The notes beneath the pieces were generated by a model. It was given only the letters and a program-made list of their open reading frames with translations. It had not been told where the DNA came from and searched no databases. The position numbers and the translations under genes are program-made. Shown piece after piece: positions 43,771 through 58,754 of a stretch of 64,000 nucleotides of DNA (the first letter of the stretch is position 1; each line of letters begins with the position of its first letter). Source of the DNA: Callorhinchus milii (taxonomy: Eukaryota); assembly GCF_018977255.1 (NCBI RefSeq), contig NW_024704746.1, positions 36,270,001 through 36,334,000 of the forward strand, written 5' to 3'.

Positions 43771-46700
43771 CTATGGCTTCTCTTTACTTTCCTCTTTGCT
43801 AAACTCCACTATATCTGTTTCTCTTGCATTTATATTGTCCCATTCCTGATACCTACTTTCAACATATTCTGCATGACTTCCAGTACTATTTGGTTTGAAA
43901 CCGTCATCTGCAGTTGCTTTGAATCTCGTAGGTGCATCTGCTTCATGTTCTGATTCACTAGCTGCTGCCCAAAGCCCTGGATCTAACTTTGGTGGTAAAC
44001 ATCGGAGACTGTCATCGCATTCTTCAAAAGCATGTATTGTGTTCTCATTGTTTTTTTGCATCAGAGGCAAAATGCTCCTCTGATCATGGGCACTGTTTGT
44101 TGGAGTACTTTTATCCTTGATTGAATCCATGGTTTCTGATAACCCCAAAAGTTCCTGTGTTTCTGAATCCTCTGCTGGAGTTATGACCACTTTTGGCATT
44201 TGGGGGGAGAGGGAATGGTTGCTGGGCTCCTTGGCCTCAGAGGAGGATGTGAAGCTTGGGGTAGATTCTTGGGTGCTAACCTCAGTAACCAAAGTTAGAT
44301 TACTGGGTCTTATTGACATTTTTATATTACTGTGAGTTGGCTCTTCAATGCCCTCATTATGATGAGGAACTGCTGAATGCAGTCTTGTCCTTCCAGGAAC
44401 ATGCTCTTCAAAATGATGGGGAAATCTGAATTCTCCAGGTATATGGTAGATGCCGGGGATTTCACTGCTCAGCCTGGTGAAGAAATGCCCTGTGGGGGAT
44501 TCCTCAGGATAATCATACGAACTCAGGAAGCGCTTGACTCTCCTGAACACTGACCTCCTCTCCTTGTAATCATTGTAAAAATCATCATCTGCCCTTTGAA
44601 TGTCCAAATTAGAAAGCCTGCAAAATAGATGCAAATGTTGTTAACATGGATGCCTATAATTACATAGAATATAGAGCACAGAAACAGGCCATTCATCCCA
44701 ACTTGTCTATGCCAACGTTTATGCTCCTGGTAATTCTCCTCCTGCCCTTCCTCAAACTAAGCCTATCAACATAAACTTCTATTCCTTTCTCCCTCATGTA
44801 TTTATTTAGCTTCCCCTTAAATGCATCTGTGCTGTTCGCCTCAACTACTCCTTGTGGTAGCAAGTTACACATTCCCACAACGCTCTGGGATAAGAAGTTT
44901 CTTCTGACTTCCCTATTTGATTTATTGATGACTATTTTATATTTATGGCCCCTGATTTTGGTCTCTCCCACAAGTGGAAACATCTTCTCCATGTCTACCC
45001 TATCAAAACCTTTCATAATTTTAAAGATCTCTATGAGGTCACCCCTCACCAAATGTCCAAGCTTGTTCAGCCTCTCCAGATAGGCATAACCTCGCAGTTC
45101 CAGTATCATCCTTTGCAACTTGCTGTTTATGTCAGATCTCCACACACAATCCCCATCCCAAGAAAGTACAGAGAGGAAACTGCAGATACTTGGAATATTT
45201 AATAGTCACTAGCACTTTTAACAAACATCCAATTGACCTACTTTCTGCTGGATCCCTCTTGACCAAGCTGTTTGGAGATTCTGATTTTCATTCAGGTGCA
45301 CAGTGCACCAGGCGGATTGACAGCTTGCACTAATAGGAGACATCATTAGTAAGGACCGACTGAAGCAGCTGCTGTCAGACAGTCATGCCAAGTATTCACT
45401 TTGGATTTCTCAGGGCCGAAGACAGACCAGATGGCCATTACCATTAATGGTTAGTTTCATATTCAGTGGAATATTGAGTGCAGCTATTGTAAAAGTACAA
45501 TCCACAATGGGCCACATAACACATAATTCAATTGCTGAGTTTAGTTTCTTTGCTATTTCACTTTGTAGTTTGGAATAGGTAAATTTTACAAAGATGATGG
45601 AGACAACCAGTTTTATGTAGAACTTATTTTTAAAAAGCCAGATTTTTCTCTTGAACTTGATTTTAAGGAGAGGGTTTTCTTCCCTAATATAATGCTTCTT
45701 ACAGTAGTGGATGTCTTAACAGAGTATTATCATTCTTGTTAACCCTACAATACCTTTGAAGCACTTTGAGACATCTCGAAGACATGATAAGGCTCTATAT
45801 CAAATGCAAGTATTATTACAATACCAAGTGGCTAGTTTTCATTTGTGAGCTCAGACAACGAATGCTGGGATGCTCTTCAAAGTGTGGTGGTCGTGATAAG
45901 GGGGAATCACAGTACAGCCTGATCCTTATCTTACTCATGGGTGTTTTCTACAAGGGTTAAATTGTGTACTGATCAGGAATGGAAATTCTCACTTCTTTCT
46001 GTGCTGTACAATCCATGTAAATTGATGCAGTCACTGGCATTGATATATTCCTTCCACATTCACACTATGATTGTAGTTAGCAAATATTTTGTTTTAAGGA
46101 ATAATACGCATTCAGAAATGCCTATTATTATTTTGAACAAAGCTTCCAATTTCTGCCTTTGTATGATTTCCTCCCGCTATCCCACAAATGCACCAATACT
46201 GATATTTACCCTACATCTGCAGCTGAACCAAGGAAAGATGGTATACAGTAATCAGCAGCGGCTGCAGTGTAGGGTGGACGGAGATCTGAATCATTCCAGT
46301 AAATGTCTTTCTGGACCTTTGGCAAGTTCATGTACATTTCATCAACAGCCATAAGAGAAACCTGAAAATAAATTAGCAGAATAGATGTGGTGGAGAATGA
46401 ACAATGCCAATATTTGCCATAAATGTTAAGAAATAAAACAAACAGAACAATGCAAATAATCACAAAGGAGCTCCAGCTTACTGCTTCTAATCAAATACTT
46501 CATACCATTGCTAAGACAAGTCCTTCAATTATTTCGTTGGGCTGTCTTGGAATGATGGACGGAAAACACCACCTTAGCTGGTAATGTTATAGTGTAGTGA
46601 TGTAGGCATCCGTACATACCTGCAAGTTTCTGTCTATGCACCAATTGATCTCAAAGTCATCATCGTCTTCCCCAAATGGGTTAATAAGCTGTTCCGCAAC

Positions 46701-49700
46701 CTTTATATAAAAGTGAACACCTTGAAATGTAGAGTGATTATCACATCTCGGTATTCAAAATACACAGTCAATTCACTTTACAGTATATTCTGTGAAGTGC
46801 TTTGAGATGTCTTAAACGTGATATATCAAATGCAAGGATTATTATTATTATTCATTAAAATAAATGTAGAATCATACAAGTTCAACTCTAACAATATTTG
46901 GTGCTTGTAGTGTTTTAAAATGATTGTGTTCCACTATTACAAAATGTTTTTGAACAAATGGGTTGTTTCCAAGTTCACAGTGCTAATGCTTTGCATCAGA
47001 AAATACAGAATTGTGGGTTTTAAAAGATATAGTGAATTCTGCCTTAAAAGCTATAATGATTCTTGAATATCAATTCCTCAAAACCCATGGATGAATCTGA
47101 TTTAATCTTGCCTGTAAGATTCAGCAAAAATCCAATCCTATAACTGGCTCTGTCTGTTTTCCATCATATTTTCTATAAATATCTACTATCAGACTTAACA
47201 AAATAATTGTAAGGTGTACTGCAATTACAGGCCTTCAGAAGTTTTTAGGGTACACTGAAAGTCTGACACCTCATCGTGATGTGTTTTGTCTTTGAAGTTT
47301 AAAGGAAAGAGGGATTATATTATAAAATGGAATCCCTTACCTTGAGCCAACCTGCATAGAAGAAGAACTGAAGCAGAGTGAAGACTGGGACGTAAAGGTC
47401 AAGTTCGTGTTCAGGATACCCCTGTGTAGGATCCAAAAACTGCCGCCCAATCAGGCAGGCAAAAAAGAATGTGTATACTGCGAGGGTGACAACCTGATAA
47501 AGTTCAAAGAGTCAATGGAACGAGAAGCAAATATTGCAAGGAAAGCAAAATTGGGGCTTCAGTAAGATGATGAAACCCGGGAAGAGGTAAGGAGCAATAA
47601 CTATACTCACCTGTGTGTAAACCAGGGGAATGCCAACCCAATCATAGCCAAATAAAATGGCACATCGAGAACGGTACCTGTTCATTTCCTTAAACAGAAA
47701 CCATAGCATTATAGAGTAGATTACTTTCAATACATACTAAAGCACAGCCGTAATGCAGTTGACCTGGTGCAATATTACGAAATGTGAAGCAAGTCTTTTT
47801 TAGTGAGGCAAAGCCAACCACTGTGGATCGACTGTGGATGAAGTAATAAGGGATTACAGCTTTTGCAAAGTTATTAATTCGGTTCCTGGTAAATTTCCTG
47901 ACACTATTTTCTTACATTATTATGCAACTTTTGCAGGATATACTTTATAGAAGTTTTATATATTTACTTGGAGCTTTGCATGTGGGCTTAGTTCTAAGAG
48001 AGTCGTGAGATGCGTCTGGCGTGAAGGGCGCTATATAAATGCAAGTTGTTGTTGTTGATTAGAATTCACTGAACTTCTGCCGTGCCAAGTGCTCACAAGC
48101 GAGATGTCCTGGGTTTGATTCCAGGGCGGTGCAAAACCTAAGGCAAGTTTTCTTACTCTACACACCTCTGTTTACTTAACAGTATATAGTCAGTTGGTAG
48201 TCGATTGTCAGATTGCATTCGAGGGTAATAATCCCTCAAGAAAAAATTTGGTCACTCAATCCACGACTGTTTGTGGGACACTGCTGTGCGCAATTGGCTG
48301 CTGCGTTTTGCCCACAAAATACACAGTCAATCAACTTTACAGAATATTCCGTGAAGCGCTTTGAGACATCTCAACGACATGATAAAGCGCTATATCAAAT
48401 GCAAGGATTATTAGAAATTGCTTAGTTACTGTGGACTGCTCCCTCTGGTGGCTTAGCTGAAAACTTGGGCTCCTGAAATATTTTTTGATGCAATGAGTTT
48501 CAAATTCAGTCAATATTGAGGTTCAAACCGACAACTCTGCTTTAGGTGTGCAACACTCCAAAACTAAGACTGCTATTTTGTTTATTATAAAATACTAGTG
48601 GAGTTACTCCATTGCTTTTAAATTGAGTAACATCAATTTACTAATAGGCTTACATTTTACGCCCATTGAAACTAACGGCTATTTACTATATCAGCTTCTG
48701 CATTACAAGTGAGGAACATACTAAAGGCATTCTTTAACAAGATAAATTGACATCAATTTAAAGTACATTGTGCTATAAGGATAACTTTTTAATCTCTGGA
48801 ATATTAGATTCTGTTGAAAATGTTGAATGGCAAATTAGAGTGCGTTATCTTTTACTACATTTGGATTACCAAAGGAGTTCACATATCCAAGCTTTCAGGA
48901 TCACAGGTTCTATTCCCAACTAATTCTGAATACCTATGTGTTTGGACATATCTGTCTTTTTTTTAAAAAAATGAAAATAACTGATCATTTAGAAAATGCT
49001 TTTAAAATAATGCTGCCTATCTCAGGACTGGACCATAACAACAACAACTTGCATTTATATAGCGCCCTCCCATTCATGGCTCTATATAAATGAACAATAA
49101 ACAAGCTTTAATAAAAATTTCAAAGACTTACGTTCATAAGCAGTTGTAGTTCTATACCATCCCGAATCCTACCCTCCTTCCGTGTTTTCGCGGCTAAATT
49201 CCCAAACCAGATGAATGGGACCCAGTATTTAAGGTGTGGCGATTTGAGATTTTCATATATTGTTCGTTCATCTGATGTCATGAACCCTGTGTATGAATTA
49301 TTAAAATTAGCCTGCTCCACCACCGACAATTTTGAGATATTGTTTCTGAATAATATACGTGTTATGGATGGGCACTCATAGCAGCGATTTTCAGAACTGC
49401 TGCTTCACACATGATAATTTTTCTTGTGTGAAAATAATACTATATTAGTCATCAGTCTGAAAATTGCTCTTTTTATTAAAAAAAGTTATATAAATATATT
49501 ACAGTATATTCTGTGAAGCACTTTGAAATGTCTCGAAGATTTGATAAGGTACTATATCAAATGCAAAAATTATTATTAATAACTAAGAAAGTGCTCAATT
49601 AGGAGTGCAATACTGAGTATATGGGATGATGCAAGGCGGCAATGGAGTTATGATTAAATTATAAGTTACTAGCTCCACATTGGATATTATTCACCCTACA

Positions 49701-52700
49701 TGAAATGAACTGAACTGCAAGTTATTGTTGTTTTAAGCAACGAAACGAGAGATTATTCTTCAACTTCTTTTAAATTCAATCAAGCTTCTTAATATCCTTA
49801 ATATCTTAATATATTAATATCTTAATACTGCAGATTCCTTTAATCTCGTTTTTTTTCCCTAATCATTTGGCACTACTACATTTGTCAAGCGCTTTGAGGC
49901 ATTTTTGTGAAAAATGCTTTATAAATGCAAGTTGTTAATTTCGACAGCATCTGGTATTAACATCTGGTGTTACTGCCAATTAATTCATTGCTGAACTGTG
50001 ATCTCACAGTGAATGTTCCCAGTGCTGCTAATATTGGTTGGTATTGATGTATTGCCTCCTCGACAAGTACCTGCTTCCACTACATGGTCCATTGTTGGGA
50101 ATCTCTTGTGGACTGCACGACTGATTGAGCGCAGGATGATCAGGGAAGTCAGGTTGACATAACGCATCAAAGTTCTTCGCAGTAAGCGCCCACGCTCGTC
50201 TTTTCCATGCACCACACTCGAGATCAGAAACATAAGCCTGTCTGGCCATGGGAGATTTCCAAACTGGTTCCACCAGCGATTCACAACCAAGGTTACATAA
50301 AAACCTGCAAATTCAGAGTAAATCATTGAATAGTTTGATAGAGATAGATTTTCTCTATTCTGCTTAGAAAAATTACCCGTTCGATTAAACAATAATAATG
50401 ATAATCCTTGCATTTGATATAGCGCTTTTCACATCTTCTAGATGTCTCAAAGGGCTTCACAGAATAGACTGTAAAGTGAATTGACTATATTTGTGGACGA
50501 AAAACTTCAGCAATCTCCAAGATGGCACAAGATTGTGAATTGAATATTCTTCTTCAATAATTCAACAGTTAACAGTTCAGATCAACAAATCAAATGGAAG
50601 GATGATGATTATTATTATCAGTTCATTTTTGCAAAAGATAGTGTGGAACATAATTCTTTTGTCTTGCTGAACACAGCTTCCCCCAGCACAGATGTATTTA
50701 AAGAGATTGGTTTCAATTTCCAAAGGCAGTTGGAATTCCAGCAATTAACAAAATTAAGTTGTCTCCTGTGAAATCCTGATTTCACTAAAAATAGGCTCAG
50801 TACAAACCCATTATTTTTTTTACAACATTCTCCTGAAGGGTTTGAACAGTGTGAATCTTTAGAGAGGAGCTTTGTAATAAGACTGAGCTATTTAAACATT
50901 CCAGAAATAACACTCAACTTAGCAGATCCAACTAACAATCTGATAATGCGTTACATACTAATGATCATAAGTGATGCAGACATGATATTAGTAATGAAAA
51001 AAGTATGGGTGAATAAGGATTATATATCATATATAATATATAGGGGGACCAGGAAACCACTGTCACTTGAATTATATGTGAAACCTATGACTGATTATGC
51101 TTGGGGCATTGGTAGATAAACATTATTTTCTTTCTTCTGAGGATAAGTCTGATCCAAGGCTGAATTGTTAACAGCAACATGCTATAGCTATAGCTAAACA
51201 ATAATCATTTAAGATTGAATTTGATGATTTTGTTTCTGAAATAAAATTTGCACTATTTCCTAACACTCTCTATAAATTAAGGCTGGTACTAATTTAAGGA
51301 ATTAATAAAAGTAATACCACAACGTTACCTCGCTATATAGCCTGCAGGAGTCCTGTCTGTTTATTAACAACTTGCCAATAGTTTTTCAAAAAGACAGCGG
51401 CTCTTTAAAAAGAAATGCATTGTTTAAAGACATAATTTGTAATATTGCTATGCAATGTACATGTAATATACATATACATATAAGACTGTATTGAACTAGA
51501 AAGCGGGATGTTTCATATAAAGAGTAGCTGTTGTTGTATTTGAGTTGAGTGACATGACTTCTTGAATGCCCACAGCTCACTTTAAGTGGACTGGTGCTAA
51601 GGTTACTTCGTCTTCTGCAATTAGATCTACAGTATTCGCATGCAAGTCAGCTGGGTCATCCCTTGGCAGCCACAGTTGTTTACTTACCAAGCACAAATGT
51701 TACTGGTATTTGTTCAGCATATTTATCACAGTAAAGTGATACTTTTTCAAAGTAACGCTTTTCGTTTTCTGCTAGGATTAATCTGAAATGGATAAAGAAG
51801 AGAATGCATATACTCACTGCCCTGAATAACATTGATACAGGCCAAGGTTAAGCATGACAACTTGATTGTCTGGCATAAATCATCAGTTTGTATGAATGCT
51901 CAGAACAATGATCACTTGTCTATGTACTACAGCAATAAATCTTAGGAGCTTATCTTGTACTTTTAATAGTACAAAACTTTCTCTTCTGTCAAAATTTGGC
52001 CAACTGCTGTGTGAGAATCTGCACAAAGCACGTTTGTTTACTTTTTGAAATTCAGAGTTTTAAAATGTTTTGCCAACTTTTTTCTCCCAATTTTCTTCCA
52101 TCCCCTCTCTTCGCCTTTCTTGAATACGTTTGCTTACTTTTTCCTTCTACCTGGGAGCAGAGTTTTACAAGCACTGGAAATTATTCAATATTTTTCCCAA
52201 GTTGCCATTATTCCTGCGCGAGACCTGACAGTGTCCATGGGACCCTGGGAGGTCAGTGACTGCATAGGTTACTGCACTTGTCCTTCACATGCCCAAACCT
52301 TGTGGGGGGTGGGGGTTGTTTTTCCCTTTACCTCACTAAATTGGAATATATTACCCCAACTGCTTCCCAGGCTGAGATCAGCTTCTCCCAAAGACCAGGC
52401 TTTGAACCTGTGTTTTTCTGTTTGTGTGCTTCAGTCCTGCACAAATCACTACAAGTTGTGGTTACAGTATAATTCCTAGTTTAGAAATGTATTTCACCTC
52501 CTGTACATGGTACATCACAATAAATCTGAACACAAAATAAGGATTACTGTTGAACAGCTTTGTATCGCCTTGAATGCATGATCTACCTACCTGTACACAA
52601 TACTTAAAGCTGCATAAAGACTCACGAATGCAACAAATTCCCTGTATAGCAATTTGTAGATGCTTCCTCTCCACCGCAAGAGGAGCCTGTGAAATCCAAA

Positions 52701-52742
52701 GAAAGTGGCGTTGGCTACTTCGCTGGAATATGTCACAGTCAT
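43771..52742 (-). CDS. BEST3: Bestrophin-3, 9 coding exons, 648 aa
   Basis: Exons 52742-52591, 51782-51688, 50304-50071, 49286-49132, 47688-47611, 47493-47341, 46700-46620, 46361-46210, 44617-43771 sum to 1947 nt. [36 protein letters not shown] start, neck [14 protein letters not shown] motif, Ca2+ clasp [22 protein letters not shown]. Synteny favours BEST3. Confidence 0.95.
44660..45125 (-). mobile_element. CR1 LINE 3' fragment in the last BEST3 intron
   Basis: ORF 44693-45145 reads ERLNKLG...[18 protein letters not shown]...RGHKYKI...[17 protein letters not shown], the CR1 ORF2 C-terminus. Ends gatgaatggcctgtttctgtgct. Confidence 0.9.
45822..45995 (-). mobile_element. LF-SINE-like relic (central and 3' part)
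   Basis: Minus strand ttcctgatcag...ggatcaggctgtactgtgatt...gtctgagctcacaaatgaaaactagccacttgg follows the LF-SINE consensus as recalled. Confidence 0.55.
48075..48412 (+). mobile_element. tRNA-derived SINE, near full length
   Basis: gggtttgattccagggc...aaacctaaggcaagttttcttactc...tatcaaatgcaaggattatta. Confidence 0.85.
52300..52445 (-). mobile_element. LF-SINE-like relic (5' part) in a BEST3 intron
   Basis: Minus strand caggttcaaagcctggtct...agctgatctcagcctgggaagcagttgggg. Confidence 0.55.
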
Positions 52743-53504
52743 GGTCGTCCAGTAGCTGTACCTACCAAAGTAAGATACATGATCAAAACCCAGATTAGAT
52801 CTAATATTACACACATCAAATCCAATATTTCACACACACTGTTACAATGTGTATTTATGCACTTAATTGTAAAATGTAGCATCATTTAAAAGAACATGAA
52901 TCTGGCAAAGTTTAAAAAATTAATTTTAATCTCTAAGGAAACTATTTTTACAATTGCGGATTGTAAAGTCACTTTGGGTAATTACTCGGGGCGGGTGGGG
53001 GAACGGGGACCCTATTCATTTACCACTAAACTGAGAACCTGTTATATTCTGATAAGTGTTGGCCTTTTGTCATCTGTACGAGACACATAGAGCATGCAAA
53101 AATAGGTTAATATATCAGGCTATTCAAAACAGCTTTGAAACTGTGAAGTCTGGATTCACAGTGAGATGAGGTTGGCTCAGTAGTTAATCTGTTCATCACA
53201 CCAGTCGGAAACCAGCAAATCTTTTTGCAGCCTTATGAATGCTTTACTGAATCCTCAAAAGGCTATTCCACAGCAAATTATTAGGGCAGCATCCAGTTTC
53301 ACTATGGTTGATGTGCAATTTTATCCAGACTTTGACGCTGTGTAAGATCTTTTGAGTGATGCGCTCTCTCAAAGCCAACAAGATTTTCCTTTTCAAAGTC
53401 TCAAATAGATTATTCATTCTATAAACAATTACTGTTAAAAAACTATTGCTTAACTGTTGTTAGTCTTTATAAGCACAATAATTACTTAATGTAACTTTAA
53501 ATTA

Positions 53505-53827
53505 GGAGTCCTGTAACTCAGTGGTTAGAGCACTCGCTTTGCAAGTGAGAGACCTGAGTTCAATTCCAGGCAGGGCGAAACCTTAGGCAAGTTTCCTTAC
53601 TCCACACAGAGCCTAATAATAATCCCTCCAAAAACCAAAAACAATAATAAATTGATCATTTTCAATCTACGACTGTTTGTGGGACATTGCTGTGCACAAT
53701 TGGCTGCCGCGTTCGCCCACAAATATACAGTCAATTCACTTTACAGTGTGTTCTGTGAAGCGCTTTGGGACGTCCTCCCGCCGTGAAAAGCGCTATATCA
53801 AATGCAAGGATTATTATTATTATTATT
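53505..53827 (+). mobile_element. Full-length young tRNA-derived SINE
   Basis: ggagtcctgtaactcagtggttagagcactcgctttgcaagtgagagacctgagttcaattcc...(tta)n. Confidence 0.92.
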
Positions 53828-54227
53828 AAAGAAGCTTATGCAATATTATTTCTCAATTTTATGTTGAAGTGAAAAAGTAATATAATAAGCTAATTAAATA
53901 ATAATAATAATTCTGGAATTTGACACATTGTCTCAAAATCCTAGATCTCTTCCACATAATTTGGTATACATTTATTATATGCTTACCTGTGAAATACTGC
54001 ACTGTCATTTATAGCCTTTAATGGTTCTCAGCTTGGTATGTTTTCCCTCTTCGCCACACAACTTGCCTACGACCATTTCAGGTACAGCACATTCCCTGGT
54101 GATTGATAAAACAATTCAAATAGTGTTTAAGATTCACTAGTATAATCGTTTACCACATGTTACAACTCCAATTTGTAAATGCAGAGTTGGGGGTAACACA
54201 TTGCATTATCAGATCAGGTGTCATACT

Positions 54228-54305
54228 GGGGTGAAAAATGTGGTAGTTGATGTGCTACTTATCAGTGGTGATAATTACTGCATCATGCACCTCATTTTTC
54301 ACCCC
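54228..54305. repeat. 78-bp gapless inverted repeat (hairpin)
   Basis: 37-position stem with 29 Watson-Crick pairs, 2 G-T pairs and 6 mismatches, closed by the loop gtgg. Confidence 0.85.
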
Positions 54306-56649
54306 GTAGAGCTTCCTTTGATTCAACTGGGTGATTTTCTGTGGGTGAAAACTTTGCAATGAAGCTGCTGGTTAAGAAGTGTAATTCAGGTCAGAGAGTG
54401 TGGTTGTAATCACCTTAAGTGGGGAAATCTAACACATTTTATGTTGCCTGTCATTCATTGAGAAGTAAATTTAAAAGGCACTCGAACAGTCCATTAGAAG
54501 ATTATTTGGGGAGGACAAGTTTGCAGAGCTATGGAGAGAGAGCGGGGAAGTGGGATGGATTTCGCCTTCCACCATCCTGGCAGTCGCTTGACATGTCGTG
54601 TCCCAAACTATACGCCCTCAAGATTTTTTGATGTCAGTGAGGAACCAGAAGCCTGTCTTAATACAGTCTTAGTATAATATTAAAGCAATCGCCTTAGAAA
54701 TTGAAGTGGGGGAAATTTTTTGGGAATTACTTAAATTCATTCGTCATTTGGAATTAGTTTTTCCGCAGTTTATAAATTTCTTGAGGAATTTTGAGCCTCT
54801 GTAGTCTCACTGGTTCTTTAGTTGTATTAAAATGAAATGGCAATCAGATGTCAGTTCAGCAACACAGGAGCAGCATTACACTTCACTTAATTGTTGCCCG
54901 GCAAAAGTGAATTTGAGCACCTGTATAGCTCCTGGCTGTCAATTTGAGGCACTCTAGTACAGGCACTGATTCAATATGCTACTTGGAATATAACTAGCAC
55001 ATTGAGGTGCTATCTCTTGATGGGCACTGAATGTGGGAAAATGACCCACTCTCCAAACACCTACCTCTGTTTGTTACTGTTTGTTACACAGGTTAATTAC
55101 ACATACATTTAAAATCAAACATTGTCTATTAACATATAGAAACAGTTCAACTGCGTGGATATTAATTAGAATTTGACCAATACTGCATTTACTTCAGGCT
55201 TGAAATAACGTTTCAGAACAAGAAATTGAATTAAACTGCAGTATTCTGTATCCTTCAAGACAGTGTACCCTTCTTAGCACATTAGTGGTTCAAACTACAG
55301 TTTTGGGGAGAAGAAAATCTAGAATAAACAACCAATAAACAGTAAAATAGTAAAGACACTCCTTACCTCAGATAATCTGATAAGATTTGCTTTTAATTTA
55401 AATTGAATGCCTGGATTCACTGTCCTTCAGCCAACATTTGAATAATCTTCTAATTTTAGATTTGGACAGGGCTTGTGCTGGCCAGACAGATACTCTGGTG
55501 AAAGAAGGGGTCAGTCCTGAAGTCAAAGCCAGTAAATCGTTGATTTCATCCATTATATGTGTTAGCTATTGGTTTATATGCAGATATGTTTCATCACAGG
55601 TTTACAGATTGAAAGGACACTCATCAGACCGGTTACAAATTCATGGAAAGTGTTGCCAATCGACTGCACACCCCTCTCTATTCTCAGTCTACTGAGAGAA
55701 ATTTAATGCAGTCCAATAGATCCTAAAGGATATTTTGAGAGTTCTTAGCTCACTTTCCTAGCATCCATGAGCATTTACCGCTCCTTATGATATGTGAACA
55801 AACAATTTGCCATTAGCTAGTGATTGCAATCCTGGTCTCATTGCGCAAAGGCTCAGATAGCAGTAGGTGTTGAGAATATTAACAAGGCAGTTAGATGTAC
55901 TATAGGTTTTTGTGTCAATTGTACCTGAAGATCTTGTCAAATCAAGATGTATTTGAAAACCACAGTGCATCTAGATTCTAGAGGATCGATATGGAATTGA
56001 ACTGAATTAATGTGGCACCTCGAGAGGGACAGTTTCACACCAATACAACTTTACAACAACTGTAATAAAATGCAAATGGAGATGAAGCAAAGTGAACTTC
56101 CTGGATTTTAAATATAATATTTTCAAAGTTTCCAAGAGGTCCAATGGACTGACTGCCCTTAAGAATTATCTTTACAGAATATTATTCAAGTGTTGACCGT
56201 CTTGCTCTTTACAAATCAATGTTGGGTGAGTTTAGGCTGTGCCTCACTGCTCAAAAAAAGGTTTATTAAAGTTCGGCGATTGATGAACAGACAGCTCATG
56301 AAGTTGCCAGGATATTATTAAACAGCTAGTTGTGCACTTGCAGAACTCTCTTTCAGACGCAGGCAATTTTGAAACAGGAAATATAAATTAAATTTCTCAT
56401 GTTTTACTGCCATAACAAATTGAATCCAGCAATCTAAACTGGTCTTTATACTAAAAATGTTACCAGCATTTAAATACTAGTTAGCAATTCTTATAGAGTA
56501 GGGTGAAGCAAGTATTATTACAGAGTGGTGCCAAATGCCAAGTTACTTATAGTAAACCAGGAATAGAAGAGTCAAGCATCTCTTACAGACTTTCAATGAT
56601 ATGTCATATATCGAACCATGGATAGGATGTTTTCTTTTAGATGTAAAGA

Positions 56650-57010
56650 TTAATAATACTTATTGCACGCTATAGCGTATTTTACGTCAGAACATTTCAA
56701 AGCGCTTGATAGGAAGTTTCTTAAAGTGTAGTAACTGTTTTTTTTAAGGCAAAAGAAGCAGCCAATTTGCACACACGAATGCCTCACAAACAGCCAGGAA
56801 GTGAATGACCAATTCTATTCAGATTGCTGGCCAGCACACCAGGAGAAACTTCATTCTCTTTATGAGCAGTGTCAAAGGACCTTTAAAATAGGCCGACATA
56901 ACCTTGATATAGCATCTCATCTGAAGGTTGGCACCTCTGACAATGCAGTACTGTTTCAGAGCTACATTTGCAGTGTTGGCCCAGACAATGAGCTCAAAGT
57001 CCTTTCCCCT
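56650..57010 (-). mobile_element. Degenerate Deu-type SINE
   Basis: gcagccaatttgcacac...caccaggagaaact...ctcatctgaagg...cacctctgacaatgcag is colinear with the 30443-30870 copy. Confidence 0.65.
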
Positions 57011-58754
57011 TAAGAGTGTGTACCTTTGGTTCATGTTTCAGTAGAGTAGATGTGAACTTTAGTCTTCAGCAACACCCTCCATTCTGATTTATAGACAAGG
57101 AAGGAATTTGTAACAGATGCTTCCACAAAGTAAACATTCCCATGCTCAAAGACAGGTGGGAGCAAAATTATGTGTCATAGAAGAGGAATGATAGTACAGT
57201 AATGTAATGGTTGCTGTTAGTGATCTGTTTCGCATTTTTTTAATCCATTTTATTCCCGGCACCAGTTCTACATCCAGGCCCAAAGTAAGTATCATTCTGG
57301 AGTGAGGGAGAACAAGTGAACATTTTATCAGATTTGACAATTAAAAGATTTGTAATGCGATTTAAACATAGTTCTTTCTATATGTTGGATTCATTGGATT
57401 TTCATAACAGCCTACAATCGAAACACATCAGTCAATGATTTCTATCACAAATTGAAAAGTGTTGAAAAGTAAAATTTTAGTGCTTATTCATATGACATGT
57501 TGTGTAATAACACTTATAAGATCACATATTTCTTTGCATTAGAATTTGATTTTGATTAGAGTTTGATTGTCAGAGGCTTAACCAGTTGAGTTAAGTAACT
57601 GAAGTCTCAACAGGTTTCTTAACCTGTGGTTGCAGCGAGCAACAGAAACAAAGTCCCAAAAGGAAAGGGGAAATAAGTGATAACGGCCGACTTCCTTTTC
57701 AAACACTGCCAATGAAAGCTGAGCAAAATAAAACATATCTTATCAATTCACAATCTGTCCTTAATGAGACTTTGTGGTTTTAAAAAAAAAGTCATTTTAG
57801 ATGCTTAAATAAATTAAGAATCAATTCAGAATACAGTCCTGAAAAATTCTGCAACAAGATTATGGTTCGCAGTATATTACACAACATTGTTATCAATCAT
57901 TCAGTCGAGCATTTCTACCTTGTGACCTTGAACACAAGGCATTGGAAGAGGGGTTAAACAAAATAATATTGTTGTTGGTTAAGACTGGAGCAAGAAAAAC
58001 AATTTGAATTTTATTTCATTTAAATATACTTTTCAACTGTGTGCAACTCAGACTTAAAAAGAAAACAGCTTCCAAAATAAATACAGTATTTATATTAATC
58101 AAGATATTTTATGTTGTACAGTTCTGTTAATTTTAAGCATTTGAGGCACCGACCGTCTGGCATATCACTGAATTTCTGTTGTCATAAATAATTATTTATG
58201 CATTTTATCCATGCATTCAGTAATACAGTTATTGTATGTAAACATTCTTCCAGGAAATTATTAACCTTTTCATTGCCTCCAGCTACTGTTTGAGTAAATT
58301 AAATCATAAATTGAGTAAATCAATTAGCATCAATTGTTTCTCTAGGAAATGTTTAAAGTTGGATCCTGCTCAAAGGAGACTCTGTGTTTCCCTTTAGTTG
58401 GGCACTGTCATGTTTTCTCTAGCCAATGATGATGGATTACTTATTTTAATTTGAAACAATATTAATTGTCTGTGGGTTTGTTTCTTGGTTGTATCTACAA
58501 TGCAACTAGAGTATATCACAATTTGTGTCTGGAAGTGAAATCCTTTAGATAGAGGTATATCATATTGGGTCAAAATAAATGACTGCATGAGCAATAATCA
58601 GATCCTGAAAATAATAGCCATATTTATTAAGAATATGAAAAAATATTATCATATTTAAAACAATTGGCATTACTCGTGTACTTTCAGATTTATTTGACCA
58701 GTTTCAAGTATGAAAGCAGAGAATATTAAAGATTAGCATTAGTTTATAGGCATC

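Noticed and set aside
53980-55700. Candidate BEST3 non-coding first exon donors (near 53986 and 55366) and promoter
   Set aside because: An upstream exon is implied by the acceptor at 52762, but the sequence alone cannot choose between the candidates.
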